Shown here one piece after another: positions 26,337 through 39,454 of a stretch of DNA of 64,000 nucleotides (the stretch's first letter is position 1; each line of letters starts with the position of its first letter). The position numbers and the translations under genes were made by a program. A model generated the notes under the pieces. It was not told where the DNA came from. It saw nothing but the letters and a program-made list of their open reading frames with translations, and did not search any database. The stretch comes from Squalus acanthias. Lineage: Eukaryota. The stretch lies in contig CM059432.1 in assembly GCA_030390025.1 (NCBI GenBank), positions 70,930,001 to 70,994,000 on the forward strand. Reading direction: 5' to 3'.

Positions 26337-27077
26337 AACTGAATCCCAGGAAAAGATTCCTTACCTGAAATCATCACCTCAATTTTTATATGTACATTGG
26401 CCCCGAAATTACATCATTGGATAACTAATGTACAAATACTTAACACATTCATCCGAAGTACATTTTTCCATTATTTTAGCATATCTGTTAACCAATTAAT
26501 TTTAAACAGGTTAATGCCACTGGTTAAAATTAGTGTGGAGAGGAATTTCAGGTGAACGTGTTAAGAATGTGTTCTTTATATCCCATTATGTCATTTCAGG
26601 GGCATGTTTTATTTTATGTTGGGGTTTTACTCAGTGTCAACCAAGTCCATATCATTGATACAATGATGACATTCTCACTGCAGTTTAATAATCATACTAC
26701 TGCAATGTTATGAAGAAATAGTCTGTGGTTGATATATGGAGGCTATAGATTTTTCAGTTTTAAAGAGTTATATGTAGGCCAGTAGTATAATTGAACCAGC
26801 TGTCCTGAGTTATGCAGTGAGAAAGCAGTTAAATCCAGCACAACAAAGCAATTGAAGGGACCATTATGCTCTTTTCTGCTGCTGTTTCAAGCACAGTCAC
26901 AAAAGCAGAGAAGATTCTTGCAAGCTGGTCCTTTTAAATGAAAATTTATGAAATCTGTCTGTTCTGGTTGGGGAACATTCAAGGTTTATAAGAAAAAACA
27001 CACTGAAAACTTTGGGGAAAAGTTCTCACATACAGCAGATAAATAGATTAATTAATTCAATTACCTGAGAATCATAG

Positions 27078-28144
27078 GGGGGAATTTTAACTCCAAAAAA
27101 CTGGCGGGTTTGGGATGGTTGAGAGCTTAAAGTGTTAGAAATCTGAATCCCGATCCCAATCCGCCTCCCCCGCCCACTTCCAGTATTAACAGAGGCTGCC
27201 GGGGGCGGGCAGTCAACCTGCTCGCAGGAGGTGAGTTGGCACTTTAAATATTATAATGAGGCTGTATGCCTCATTTGGAAGCACCATCTTAAATTTAACT
27301 CTGGCTGGCCAGGTTTCCCAAGTCTTGGGGAACCCGGCAGCTAAAGGGAGGTGAGGACTGCTGGATCCAGGAGGTAAGTACCTTTCTAGTTACCTGGTGG
27401 AACCAGCATACCTGCCTCACCAATCCCCTGTGATCGGACAACCACCCCCAACCCTTCCGATCTCCCCCTGACCTCCACCCACAAGGCTTCTGATCTCCCC
27501 CCCGAATCCTCCAACACCCTCCCCCGATGTCTCTGATCTCCCCACGATGCCTCCGATCTTGCACTCCCCAGCCTCTGATCTCACCCCCGGCCTCTGACCC
27601 CCACCCTACGAGGTCTCTGACCCCTCCCACAAGGCCTTTGATCTCCGATCCACCCTCCGGCCTCCAATCCCTGGCTCCCAAGTCCCCCTTTGGCCTTCCG
27701 ATCTCCAACTGCCCCCGATCTCCGACCCCCCAATATCTCCGGCCCCCTCCGATCCCGGCCTTCCGATCCCCTCTGATCTCCGGCCTTCCAACACCCCCCA
27801 ACCCGATCTCCGGCCCCTTCTGATCCCAGCGCTTCTGACCCCGTCCGATCTCCGGCCTTCCGACTCCTTCCGATCTCCGACCCTGACCCTCCCTGATCCC
27901 CACCGATCCCCAACCCCTGACCACCCCCCAACACCGGCTACAGCCTGGTGCCGCAAGCTTACACGCCCGACAGCCAGCCAGCCTCTCAATCTGCCTGGCT
28001 GCGGGCAGGAAACAGAGAAAAAAAAATGTTAATCAGGCCCTGCCGTTAAATTCGGCAAGGTCTGAGGGAAACCTGTTCACCCGGGTTTCCCGACCTCAAT
28101 CCAGTCCCCCCGCTCCCTACCTGCCCCCAAGTTAAACTCCTGCC
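27078..28144 (+). mobile_element. Non-autonomous DNA element with internal C-rich CCGATCTCC-type degenerate tandem array
   Basis: Imperfect TIRs; the first 350 bp are homologous to 20821-21170, which also continues into a C-rich array. Confidence 0.6.
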
Positions 28145-28159
28145 ATTGAATCATAGAAT

Positions 28160-29410
28160 CTTTCAGCAATCCGGAGAAGTGTGAGGTAATGCATTTGTGG
28201 AGGGTTAACAAGGCAAGGGAATACACAATAAACGTTAGGATACTGAGAGTATAGAGGAACAGAGGGACCTTGTGGTGCATGTCCACAGATCCCTGAAGGT
28301 AGCAGGACAGATAGATAAGGTGGTTAAGAAGGCATATGGGATACTTTCCTTTATTAGCTGAGGCATAGAATACAAGAGCAGGGAGGTTATGTTAGAACTG
28401 TATAAAACACTAGTTAGGCCGCAGCGAGAGTACTGCGTACTGCTCTGGTCACCACATTACAGGATGTGATTGCACTAGAGAGGGTACAGAGGAGAATTAC
28501 GAGGACTGGAGAATTTTAGCTATGAGGAAAGATTGGATAGGCTGGGGTTGTTTTCTTTGGAACAGAGGAGACTGAGGGGAGACTTGATTGAGGTGTATAA
28601 AATTATGAGGGGCCTAGATAGAGTGGATGGGAAGGACCTATTTCCCTTAGTAGAGAGGTCAATAACCAGGAGGGCATAGATTTAAATTAATTGGTAGAAG
28701 GATTAGAGGGGAGTTGAGGAGAAATTTTTTCACCCAAAGGGTGGTGGGGGTCTGGAACTCACTGCCTGAAAGGGTGGTAGAGGCAGAAACCCTCATCGCA
28801 TTTAAAAAGTACTTGGATATGCACTTGAAGTGCTGTAACCTGCAAGGTTATGGACCAAGAGCTGGAAAGTGGGATTAGGCTGGATAGCTCTTTTTCGGCC
28901 AGCACAGACACGATGGGCCAAATGGCCTCCTTCTGTGCTGTAAATTTCTATGATTCTCTGATTCAATATGAAGGAGGCCATTCACCTGTCATGCCTGTGC
29001 AGGCTCTTAGTCCCACACCCCAGCTTTTACCCCATAACCCTGCAAATTTGTTCTCTACAAATACATGTCCAATTGCCTTTTGGAAAGTTCCTATGGAATT
29101 TGATTCCACCACCCTTTCAGTTAGTATGCTCTAGATCATAACAACCCTCTGTGTGAAATCATTTCTCCTTATTTCCCCTCTTGTTCTTTTGCCAATTATT
29201 TTAAATCTATGATCTCTGGTTACCGATCCACTTGCCAGAGGAAACAGTTTCTCCCTACTTGCTCTATCAAATCCCCTGACAATTTTGAATACCCCTATTA
29301 GGTCTCTCCTTAACCTTCTCTGCTCTAAGGAGAACAATCCCAGCTTCTCCAAACTCTCCATATAACTGAAGTCCCTCATCCCTGGTATCATCCTGAGAAA
29401 CCTCCTCCGT
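28160..29410. mobile_element. Two CR1 3' fragments, tail to tail (+ 28160-28962; - 28965-29410)
   Basis: CR1 ORF2 C-terminal motifs on opposite strands. Confidence 0.88.
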
Positions 29411-32400
29411 CCCCACTTTTTTCATTTAATTAAATAACATTTTGATGTTGCAGCACCATAACCTCTACCACCAAATATAGAGTGCTTAAGTATTAGGAAG
29501 ACTCCGTATCGTATATTATTTCTTGCTCATTTAACTCTGGCTTTGGTGAAAAGTATTCACGATGAATGGGAAAGGTTGAAAAGGTTTATCTTTAGGTGAT
29601 GGCAATAGTGGTGGAAGGAGCTACTTCAGGATCCCTTCCTCGGGAGATTAAATGAATTGAGTAGAGTTCATAATAAAGGAAATTGTACAGTCTGTGGATG
29701 GAACAAGCTTACTGGCTGAATGGCATTTTCTCATTTCATACTTTCTCATGTTCTTACAATGAAAGTGGGTCCAATTGCCACTACAGCACTGCATAATTGC
29801 TGCACCTGATATCAGGTTTATACTAATTTGTATCTCTATCTCAGTTAAATACTTACTACAAAATATTTATTTAAATTTCATAATTGTAAGCACACAGTGT
29901 CAAATGAAAATCGAACGAGCAATTCCACACTGGTGGTTCGCTGAAAGTCAAATCCACAGTGTTGTTGGACTACATATACCACTTCTCTTTCAGGGTGGCA
30001 GACTGTCCAATTCAATGTCATTCAATGGTTTCTTTTTTAGTAAACTTCATTCGTTATTTACTGACCATCCCAAGTAATGAATCCTTTTATCACCACACAC
30101 CTCTAAGCCAACATGCATAATGTAGGAATAATTCTATTTAATAATTACTTCTGGGAATTTTGTAAATGACAAAGATATCAACAAAATTGCTTTTTTTCAA
30201 TATAATTTGCATACCAAATTAATAAACATATCTATATAGATTTGCTTTTTTATAAAAATAATTTGTAGGTTCTTGCCAAACATGGGACTGTTTATTACAT
30301 TTTCAAAGATTTGACAAAATATTTAACTTTTTACACAAATTGTCTAGTATGTCATAATATACTCATTTGGTAATTTTACAATTGCATGTTAGTATGCTAT
30401 ATTGTAATAGTTCTGCTGCCAAGAGCAATCTTTATAATGTCCAAGAATAATACAATTCAATAAACATTCTTTAGATATAAACAATTTCATTAATCAAGGC
30501 AGCACATCTGCAGACCTTAGCTATGGCTTTAATGAAAAATATAAACTTTTACAAACAGATCTCCTCTTGCTATCCAAAGCTTATAACATTCATTTTATTT
30601 TGAATAGGACTCTGAACATTCTCAATATTGAAAACATTCTGTTGAATGTAAGGACAAGAATGAATTTCCAACAAATGCATGAGGTTAGTAAATTTTCACC
30701 CAATTCCGAAACGACCAGGAAAATCACAATTATCAAGTTTTCCTTATGCTTTTTCCAGCATTCCATTAGAGCCTGGTAATGCAACTCTGAAACTATTACA
30801 GGCATCGATGGTTGATAAGCAGAAGCACAGTACATTCTCAAAAAAAGCAAAGATGGAGAAAGAATTGATAACTTTTGTATTAAGGGGTTGATTTGTTTTT
30901 CTTTGGTTGGTCTCACCATGCTGTGCACATTTCCCAGTCTGGTGGCTCTATAACTGGCCACTGGGAGAGGAGAAACTGTTGTCTCATGTTACTCTCTCTG
31001 TAATTTCCCATCCTTTCTAAAAGGAATTAGTTTTGTACATACACATACACCTGAGATTTAAAGCTTACTGTATGGGAAATCAAGGGTCTGTGGCACAGTG
31101 TGTTAGAGCTTCAATATGCTATGTCACAGCGCCACCCAGGGGATTACAGAAGGCTGATACTTGACACTAGTTCCAGAGAATGTTCTCACTTGTCTTTTGT
31201 CAACTTATAGATTTTATTTCCTATTTCTTGCATACTTAAATAAAAACACCTACTTTAAAATTCTGCATATCCACCTGTCTCCTTTGCAAAGCCTTAGTTG
31301 AGGGACAGAGGGACAATTCTTACAGCCTTTACAGAGAATTTTATAAAAAAACAAATTGTTGATTCAAGGTTATTGAGACAAAAATTCTAGACAGCTGACA
31401 TTGAAGTACTACATAAATGACAGCATTGTTTTATTGAAATGAGGTGGCTGTGCCCACCAAGTTCGGTCGTGCAGAAGGGAATGTGATTCATGTTAATGGA
31501 TAGTGGACTTGAATCTTTACCTACCACCATGGTGTGTGTCCCAGTACCATTGCCATCAAGAACAGACCTTATTCAAAAAGTTTGAATATGTGTTATTTGT
31601 GGGGATCTGAGTTGCACTCAATGTCAAATAACTAAAACTGCTGGCACAACTGGAAGATTACAAGAACAGTCTGTGACCTATAAGAACTATGTAGCTAATT
31701 TAGTATTGTGCAGTTTTTTGTTAACACAGGCGGACCATAAGAGATGTGGGTCCATTCAGGTGCATTACACCTGTGAGAAATATTGTAACAAAATGTATTA
31801 TAAACAGGCTGAAAAACAATTTCATGCTATTTAACAGAACCATTGAACACTTTGATGCCAGTATCCTATAAGCTCGGTACGAAATTTGCATAAGAAGAGC
31901 TTTTGAGGTCAGTCCAGTTATACTGGCAGTTTACCAAAAAATCCTCAAATAATTTTAAGATTTTGGTGTTTAAACTCGCAAAGTATATTATAAACAGGTT
32001 GATAAACCATTTCATACAGTCACATTACATCTTTTTAATAATATTGGGTCCTATATTAGAAGGCATTAAGTTACTTTGTAATGTAGTATAAATAATTTTA
32101 AAATCCAGTAAAAGCCATTGTACAAAAGGAAGGATACCCCCAGTGTATTCCATATTTTACTAGCTACATTGAACTTTTTGACATTGTGTCACAGCACTAT
32201 TGATAAAACCAGTCTTTTGTTACAGTATCCTTGCTGCCATCCCAAGTTTAGTGGAACAGTTACAAATATGATCAGCAGAAAATGGTGGTTATGCAGTTGC
32301 ATAAGTACTCAGCAGCCTAAAGGAATTGTTTGAATAATCATTTCTTTTAAACGGCATATGCTTTTGCCTCCATAAAAAAGGTTGCTTATTTATTCTGTTC

Positions 32401-32599
32401 CATTACAACTACACCAGGATGATTTTACATTTAAAGATATAACAAGCCAAATGATACATTATCCATTTAAACTTTGTGAGATTTAACCGTCAAAATCCTA
32501 AATTATTTGAGATTATTTTTGATAGGAAGTCAGCGCAACTAGACTGACCTCAAAAATTATTTTAATGTGAATTTATAATATTGATAATACACTGGCATC

Positions 32600-32780
32600 A
32601 AGCTCCCCCTATGGTTCAGTAAGTGTACTGCCTCCTGGCCTTAATGACTCAGTACTGCCTGTTGGAGTACTGAGCCATACTAGCCAGGAGGATCCTAGGT
32701 TCAATTCCTGGTCTGGGTTGAATTAGCTGAACTCTGCAAGGGGAGTGTTAGAATATTCCTGTTGCCCTCAATGTCTCCAG
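32600..32780 (+). mobile_element. Decayed tRNA-derived SINE head
   Basis: TGGTTCAGT A-box-like and GGTTCAATTCC B-box motifs; a related remnant lies near 58280-58350. Confidence 0.45.
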
Positions 32781-33536
32781 TCGACATAAATCTGTGTACA
32801 CTAACGAAGATAGTCCACAAGAATGAAAAACGATCCATTACACCACATTAATACTGCTGTTGTTTCTAATAGGCTGGTCCAAAAATACACATCCAGTTAT
32901 TGCTCACTAACAAATACGTGTTAATATCAGTGTTTTAAGGAGTTACTTTGATGTAACCATTTTGCAATTCTCACAAGTATGTACTTGTAATATTGTTATT
33001 CATTTTTGCATTGAAATGTTGAGACTTTGCTCTAGACATAGACTCTTGCTTGATGAAAGTAGAGATCAGAGAAGCCGGTGCAGAGGGCAGTACACCCAAT
33101 TCACATTGCTCCTGATTGTACAGCCATTGATATTAATAGATGGAAAATCGGGAGCGGCAGATATTGGGCATGCTGACCTTTACGCCCAATTCTCTGATCC
33201 GTGCCCCCAACAGACTCCACATGAGGAGCAGACTCATGCAATTTTGGGGCTTATAAATGTATTTATTTTACAGAATTACAATGCTTTACTATGATGGACA
33301 CCTAACTCAGTGGTTCTCAAACTTGGGGTGGGGGGAGTCATTAGAGACTTCCCAGGGGGTCCGCGAGAAAACCCCAATCGGTGATGGAGAGCGAACCGGT
33401 GCGGAGCGGCCAGTCGCTGCTGAACGGGGCAGAGTGTGGCGACAACAGCGGCTGTGCGCTGCAGGAAAAAGAGGGAGGGAAGAAGACTGCTGGTCTCGGC
33501 TGGTGACTGTCCGGATTTGACCGTTTCACCGCTGCG

Positions 33537-34055
<519 letters not shown>

Positions 34056-34155
34056 AATTTGCTGATGAACAGAATAGCCTAATCAAGTACAAATGTAATT
34101 GATATTTCACTGGCGCCCACAAATATGTATGTTGGTGTCATGGAAATGTACATTA

Positions 34156-36030
34156 GAATAGAATCATAGAATGGTTACAGCACGGAAGACGGCCATTTGG
34201 CCCGTCGAGCCCATGCCGACTCTCAGCTAGTCCCACTCCCCTGCCCTTTCCCCGTAGCCCTGCAATTTTTTTTCCTTCACATACTTATCCAACTCCCTTT
34301 TGAAAGCTGTGATTGAGTCTGCCTCCACCACCTTCTTAGGCAGTCCCTCGGAACCGAGGATGACTTGCCTCAGCCACCCTTTCAGGCAGTGCATTCCAGA
34401 TCTTAACCACTCGCTGTGTAAAAAAGTTTTTTCTTACGTCGCCTTTGGTTCTTTTGCCAATCACCTTAAATCTGTGTCCTCTGGTTCTCGTCCCTTCTGC
34501 CAATGGGAACAGCTTCTCTCTATCTACCCTGTCCAGACCCCTCATGATTTTGAACACCTCTATCAAATCTCCTCTCAATCTTCTCTGCTCCAAGGAGAAC
34601 AACCCCAGCTTCTCCAGTCTATCAACGTAACTGAAATCACTCATTCCTGGAATCATTCTCGTAAATCTTTTCTGCACCTTCTCTAAGGCCTTCACATCCT
34701 TCCTAAAGTGTGGTGCTCAGAATTGGACACAGTACTCCAATTGGGGCCAAACCAGTGTTTTATACAGGTTCATCATAATTTCCACACTTTTATACTCTAT
34801 GGGTGAAAAATTGGGTTGGTTTGCGCCTCTTGTTAGCACCCCCGGGGTACACTAACGGGGCACAAATCCCTTAGCACCCGGGCGCGGCGCCGCTAATGCC
34901 TCCCGTGAAAGTCAGTGGGAGGTTAGCGGCGGTGGAAGCCGGTAGTGCCCTGCACCGCCGCCGATGATGTCATCGCTGTGCGCAGCGCCTCGGCTGCAAA
35001 TTTCCCTTATGCCCCCTGACCTATCGCCGCACGATATGTGCGACAGGATCAGGGGGCGGTTTGGTAGCAGTGGTGGCGCAAGTTAAAGGGCAGGTGTCAG
35101 GCGGCTGCCAGCACCTGCCCCCTTTAGCTTTTGTATGTGGGGTGCCGGCCGCGAACGCTCAGCCTGGCACTCCTCTCACGGCACCCTGCTCCCTGGTGGT
35201 CCGGCAGGGTGACGGTGTGCGCAGCGCTAGGAACCCCCCTTTAATCAGAGAAGGAGGCCTGCAATGACGCGGCGCTATGTGCTGCTGCGTATGGTGCGGC
35301 TGCACATAGTGCTGCGTAATTCAGTAGTAGCACCCCAAGCAGGAGGTGGAGCGCTTTCCAGTAGCACCCCACCTCCTGCTTGGGGCACTACTACTGAATT
35401 TACAGCGGGGGTGGGGGGGGGGGAGGGCGCTAACTTTTTCGGGGCGCTAAAATTAGTGCCCCAGCGACGTTAGCTCCCCAAAATGGGTGCAACCCAATTT
35501 TTCCCCTGTACCTCTATTTATGAAGCCCAGGATCCTGTAAGCCTTTTTAACTGCTTTCTCAACCTGCCCTGCCACCTTCAATGATTTATGCACACCTACC
35601 CCAGGTCGCTCTGTTCATGCACCCCCTTTAGGATTGCACCCTTTAGTTTATAAGTCCTCTCCTCATTCTTTCTACCAAAATGCATCACTTCACACTTTTC
35701 TGTGTTAAATTTCATCTGCCACGTGTCCACCCATTCCTCCAGCCTGTCTATGTCTTCCTGAAGTCATCACAATCCTCCTCACTGTTCACTATACTTCCAA
35801 GTTTTGTGTCATCTGCAAATTTTGAAATTGTGCCCTGTACACCCAAGTCCAAGTCATTAATATATATGAAGAAAAGCAGCGGTCCTAGAACCAACCCCTG
35901 GTGAACACCACTGTATACCTTCCTCCAGTCCGATAAACAACCGTTCACCACTACTCTCTCTTTCCTGTCACTTAGCCAATTTCGTATCCATGCTGCCACT
36001 GTCCCTTTTATTCCAAGGGCTTCAACTTTG
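34156..36030 (-). mobile_element. CR1 LINE fragment interrupted by a MITE
   Basis: [19 protein letters not shown]-like and [12 protein letters not shown] motifs; LINE sequence resumes after 35507. Confidence 0.92.
34801..35507. mobile_element. GC-rich MITE (Harbinger/Tourist-like)
   Basis: TIRs GGGTGAAAAATTGGGTTG / CAACCCAATTTTTCCCC; 3-bp TAT/TGT flanks; cleanly splits a CR1. Confidence 0.8.
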
Positions 36031-37983
36031 CAACTTTTCAACTTTACATTGAAATAAATGGAACAAAAATCAGGCAGGTTCTACAATGGATGGGTAACCT
36101 GCTCTGCTAGGTTACTGCCCAGGTAGTGAAGTTGAAAATTACTTCCAAATTATTTAGGTCTGGCAATGGAAGTTCAGAAACAAATTGACTCTCTGTTGTA
36201 GACTCAGTAATCCAATACCTCAGCATGTCTGCAGTACTGCAAGGCAGTGATAATGATTAATCAGTCAACCTGTCTTCTACTGGTACCTGGAAAGTAGATG
36301 TGTCAGTTGGCACTAGGAATCTTCTCAATCTGTCAAATTTAGTTCAATGGAATGAAACTCAGGTTAGTTGTACAACAGAGGTGAGATCCACTCCACTAGA
36401 TAATCACCTAGGCAGTGAAGGTGACAATTACCTCCTATGGGAGAGATTTTCGGATCGGTTCAGATGGGCATGTTATCAACAGTGGGCCTCTGGTGCCTGC
36501 CCAGGGCCAGAGTCGAGAGGCTGAATGATTTCCATGCTTGGGTCTCATTTTAATTTTTCTGGTGACTGCGGGCACCAAAGGAGCACTCCTCTGATGCCTG
36601 CTGGTTTGGAACTTGTAGAATTGGCTGGCTTCTGCACAGAGCTGGCTGGCAGGTAGGGCCTGTTGGGGTGAGGGGAGTGATTCTGGAGAGGTTCGGTGTG
36701 GGGGGTAGAATGGGCCCGCAGAGGACCAGAATATATTGAAAAAGATATTGGGGGGGATTTTTCGTGGGGTCAGTGGGCGCAATCGGTGGCGGGTCAGGTG
36801 GGAAAAAACATTTTTTGACAGCGGGTCGGGACGCCGCTGTCAACCCACTGCCAAACGCCTTTCCCAGATGTCGGGTCTGTCAGCGTTGACAGACCCGACA
36901 CGCAGTGGCGGGGGAGGCAATTCAGGTCATTATGACCTTGTTAACAGCCCATTAAGAAGTATTTTGAGCTCATCTTTACATTTTACGAGGTCGCTCACGG
37001 GGTCCACGCTGCTCGGGGATCATGTCAGGTAAGCAGGTCGTGAGTTGTATGACCAGGGAATCATCTCATTACTTGACAGCTGAAAATGTGCTATAAAAGC
37101 TCCCATCTCACAGCTGTTCACTTTACAAACTCAGAAGCTGTTGCTTACTGCATTTGGAAGACAGATTGAGCTTTATGCAGGTTGCAAGTGTTTGGAGTAA
37201 ACTCTCTATCCAGTGTCACCTCATTGGAACAACCTCTCTCACCATTGACAGATCGCTTCTGTCATCTCAAGTTCACCTGCCATCAGCATCAGTGCCCTTG
37301 AAACTATCTCACCTTGGTCTTCAGAATCCCACCACGATCAGCCCCAAAACCAGCATCACCAGGCATACCAGCAGCACCAACAACAACACCAACCTTCTCC
37401 GCAATCAACTGATGCTGCACAGGACACAGGGCATCAGCACCCAACCACGTCCGGAAGACCAGGGATGGCCTCACCATGGCCAGATTTACTTCACTTGATG
37501 CTATACACCTTGGCTGCCACATGAAGCACCAGGTTGGCACCACCCCACACCAACACCATAAAGCATCCCTACAATGCCCAAGCCATTCCTTTCACACTCA
37601 TGACCATTGCAGGGGTACCGTTATGTCTCACCATTCACTGCAACTCACTAAACCACTTCCAAAGGTGCGCACAAATCTGTCCAAGAACACAAAGTTTTGA
37701 AAATAAAGGTTTCAATGTTTGACACCACATTAACAGAAACTTTACATGAACATTGCGTAAAACACCCAAGTGCCTACCCTTGTGTGTTGTTAGTTGGTAT
37801 GATTGCACTAGGATGAGCGTGAGTGTGAGGGGTGGCTACTGAGATGGGGAAGTGATAATGTAGATAGAGAGGGATGGGTGGAGGTGCAAGGTAAGTTGGT
37901 GTGAGTAAGGATGTGCAGGAGTAGGGTAGGGAAGGCAGAGTGATGGGGATGTGATGAGAGGCACAACAGGATAAGGTTCAGTG

Positions 37984-38800
37984 CACGCGCAGGAGATGCA
38001 ACACATGCCCTTACACCTCCCCTCTTCCCACTGTCCAGGGCCCCAAACACCCCTTCCAGGTGAAACAGCGATTTACTTGTACTTCCTGCAATTTAGTATA
38101 CTGTATTCGCTGCTCACGATGTGGTCTCCTCTACATTGGGGAGACCAAACGCAGATTGGGTGACCGCTTTGCGGAACACCTCCGTTCAGTCCGTAAGGGG
38201 GACCCCGAGCTCCCGGTGGCCTGTCACTTTAATTCACCGCTTCACTCCCACTCTGACCTCACCGTCCTCGGCCTATTACACTGTTCCACGGAAGCGCAGC
38301 GTAAGCTCGAGGAACAGCACCTCATCTTTCGTTTAGGCACGCTACAGCCCTCTGGACTCAATATCGAGTTCAACAATTTTAGATCATAACCTCAGCTCCA
38401 ATCACATTTATATTTTATTTTTTCCACCCTTTTATTTGCCCCCCCCACCTTTTTTTTCCTCCTAGAAGCTGGCAGCTGTCCTTCATTCTGCCAGTGGATT
38501 TCACACTTCTTTCAGCCTTAATCTGTCACATTAACACCACCTCTAGCCTTGCATATCTCTTAATGTCTCTTAATGTCTCTTCATCTCCCCCTTTGTTCTT
38601 TTATCCCCTCCCCCTTTTCCCAGCTTTACTCTGGCCTTAAATCTATTTGATTTCCGGCTCTTCACAGTTCTGACGAAAGGTCATCGACCTGAAACGTTAA
38701 CTCTCTTTCTCTCTGCACGGATGCTGCCTGGCCTGCTGAGTTTTTCCAGCGTTTTCTGTTGTTATTTCAGATTTCCAGCATCCGCAGTATTTTGCTATCG
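37984..38800 (+). mobile_element. 5'-truncated Penelope-like element (second family) with GIY-YIG endonuclease ORF
   Basis: ORF 38060-38389 NLVYCIRCSRCGLLYIGETKRRLGDRFAEH...HF...GLN; 12-bp TSD TAAGGTTCAGTG (37972-37983, 38801-38812); nested in a Harbinger derivative. Confidence 0.92.
38666..38702 (+). ncRNA. Minimal type I hammerhead ribozyme motif in PLE terminus
   Basis: AGUU-CUGACGA-A-AGGUC/auc/GACCU-GAAA-CGUU|AACU with palindromic ACGU stem III and a 4-bp stem I. Confidence 0.72.
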
Positions 38801-39454
38801 TAAGGTTCAGTGTAGCTTTGTATTACCGTTTCGTGATCTACTGAGATCATTGAAAGGTTTGTGCCACTGCAGCCTGATCCTCCTGACGACATCCCTGCTT
38901 GTGTCCTCCTGTGCAATGTGCAACCAGGCTGCGTTGGTCTCTTGGGGAGGTCTCTTCCGTCTATTGGAAGGGAAGAGAGCCTCCCTGCGTGCTGTGACTC
39001 CCTCCATAAGCATATAGAGGGAGTCATGGGAGGGCCTGGGTGCAGCCGTGCTCTTCTGAGTGGTGTTTGTCAGTGTTTGCAGTACCTCACTGCTGTAGAA
39101 CACTGACAGCACAACTGCCAAAATCAATTTGCGCATGGTCCCTTTAAGGAAACCGGCTGATGACGCGTCATCAAATTATGTCATAAGATCCGCTTCCTTC
39201 AATTGGCTGGCAAACGCGCTGGGTGGGTTTAACAAGCCCAATCAGGGGAAAATCATTTTGGACAGTGGGCTGAAGCCAGCAGCGGGGTTGGGACCCACCA
39301 CCGACGTCGTCCACCACGGACCTGCCGAGATAGGGGAAATTGCGGCCAGAAAGACTGACCTTTTTGGAGCAGCTTCTAGCGATCCCTTTAAGGACCATTG
39401 ATTAGGCCTCTGATCACCTGGTACTAGTGGGACTAGTATGCACTTCCAATGCTC

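Larger units (their letters stand above)
36750..39346 (-). mobile_element. Non-autonomous PIF/Harbinger derivative carrying a nested PLE
   Basis: Colinear with 55330-57136 once 37984-38812 is removed; Myb remnant ORF 38807-39136. Confidence 0.78.

Noticed and set aside
27295..27989. Gly/Arg- and Pro-rich ORFs on both strands (also 21110-21514)
   Set aside because: Products of a low-complexity C-rich array inside a repeat.
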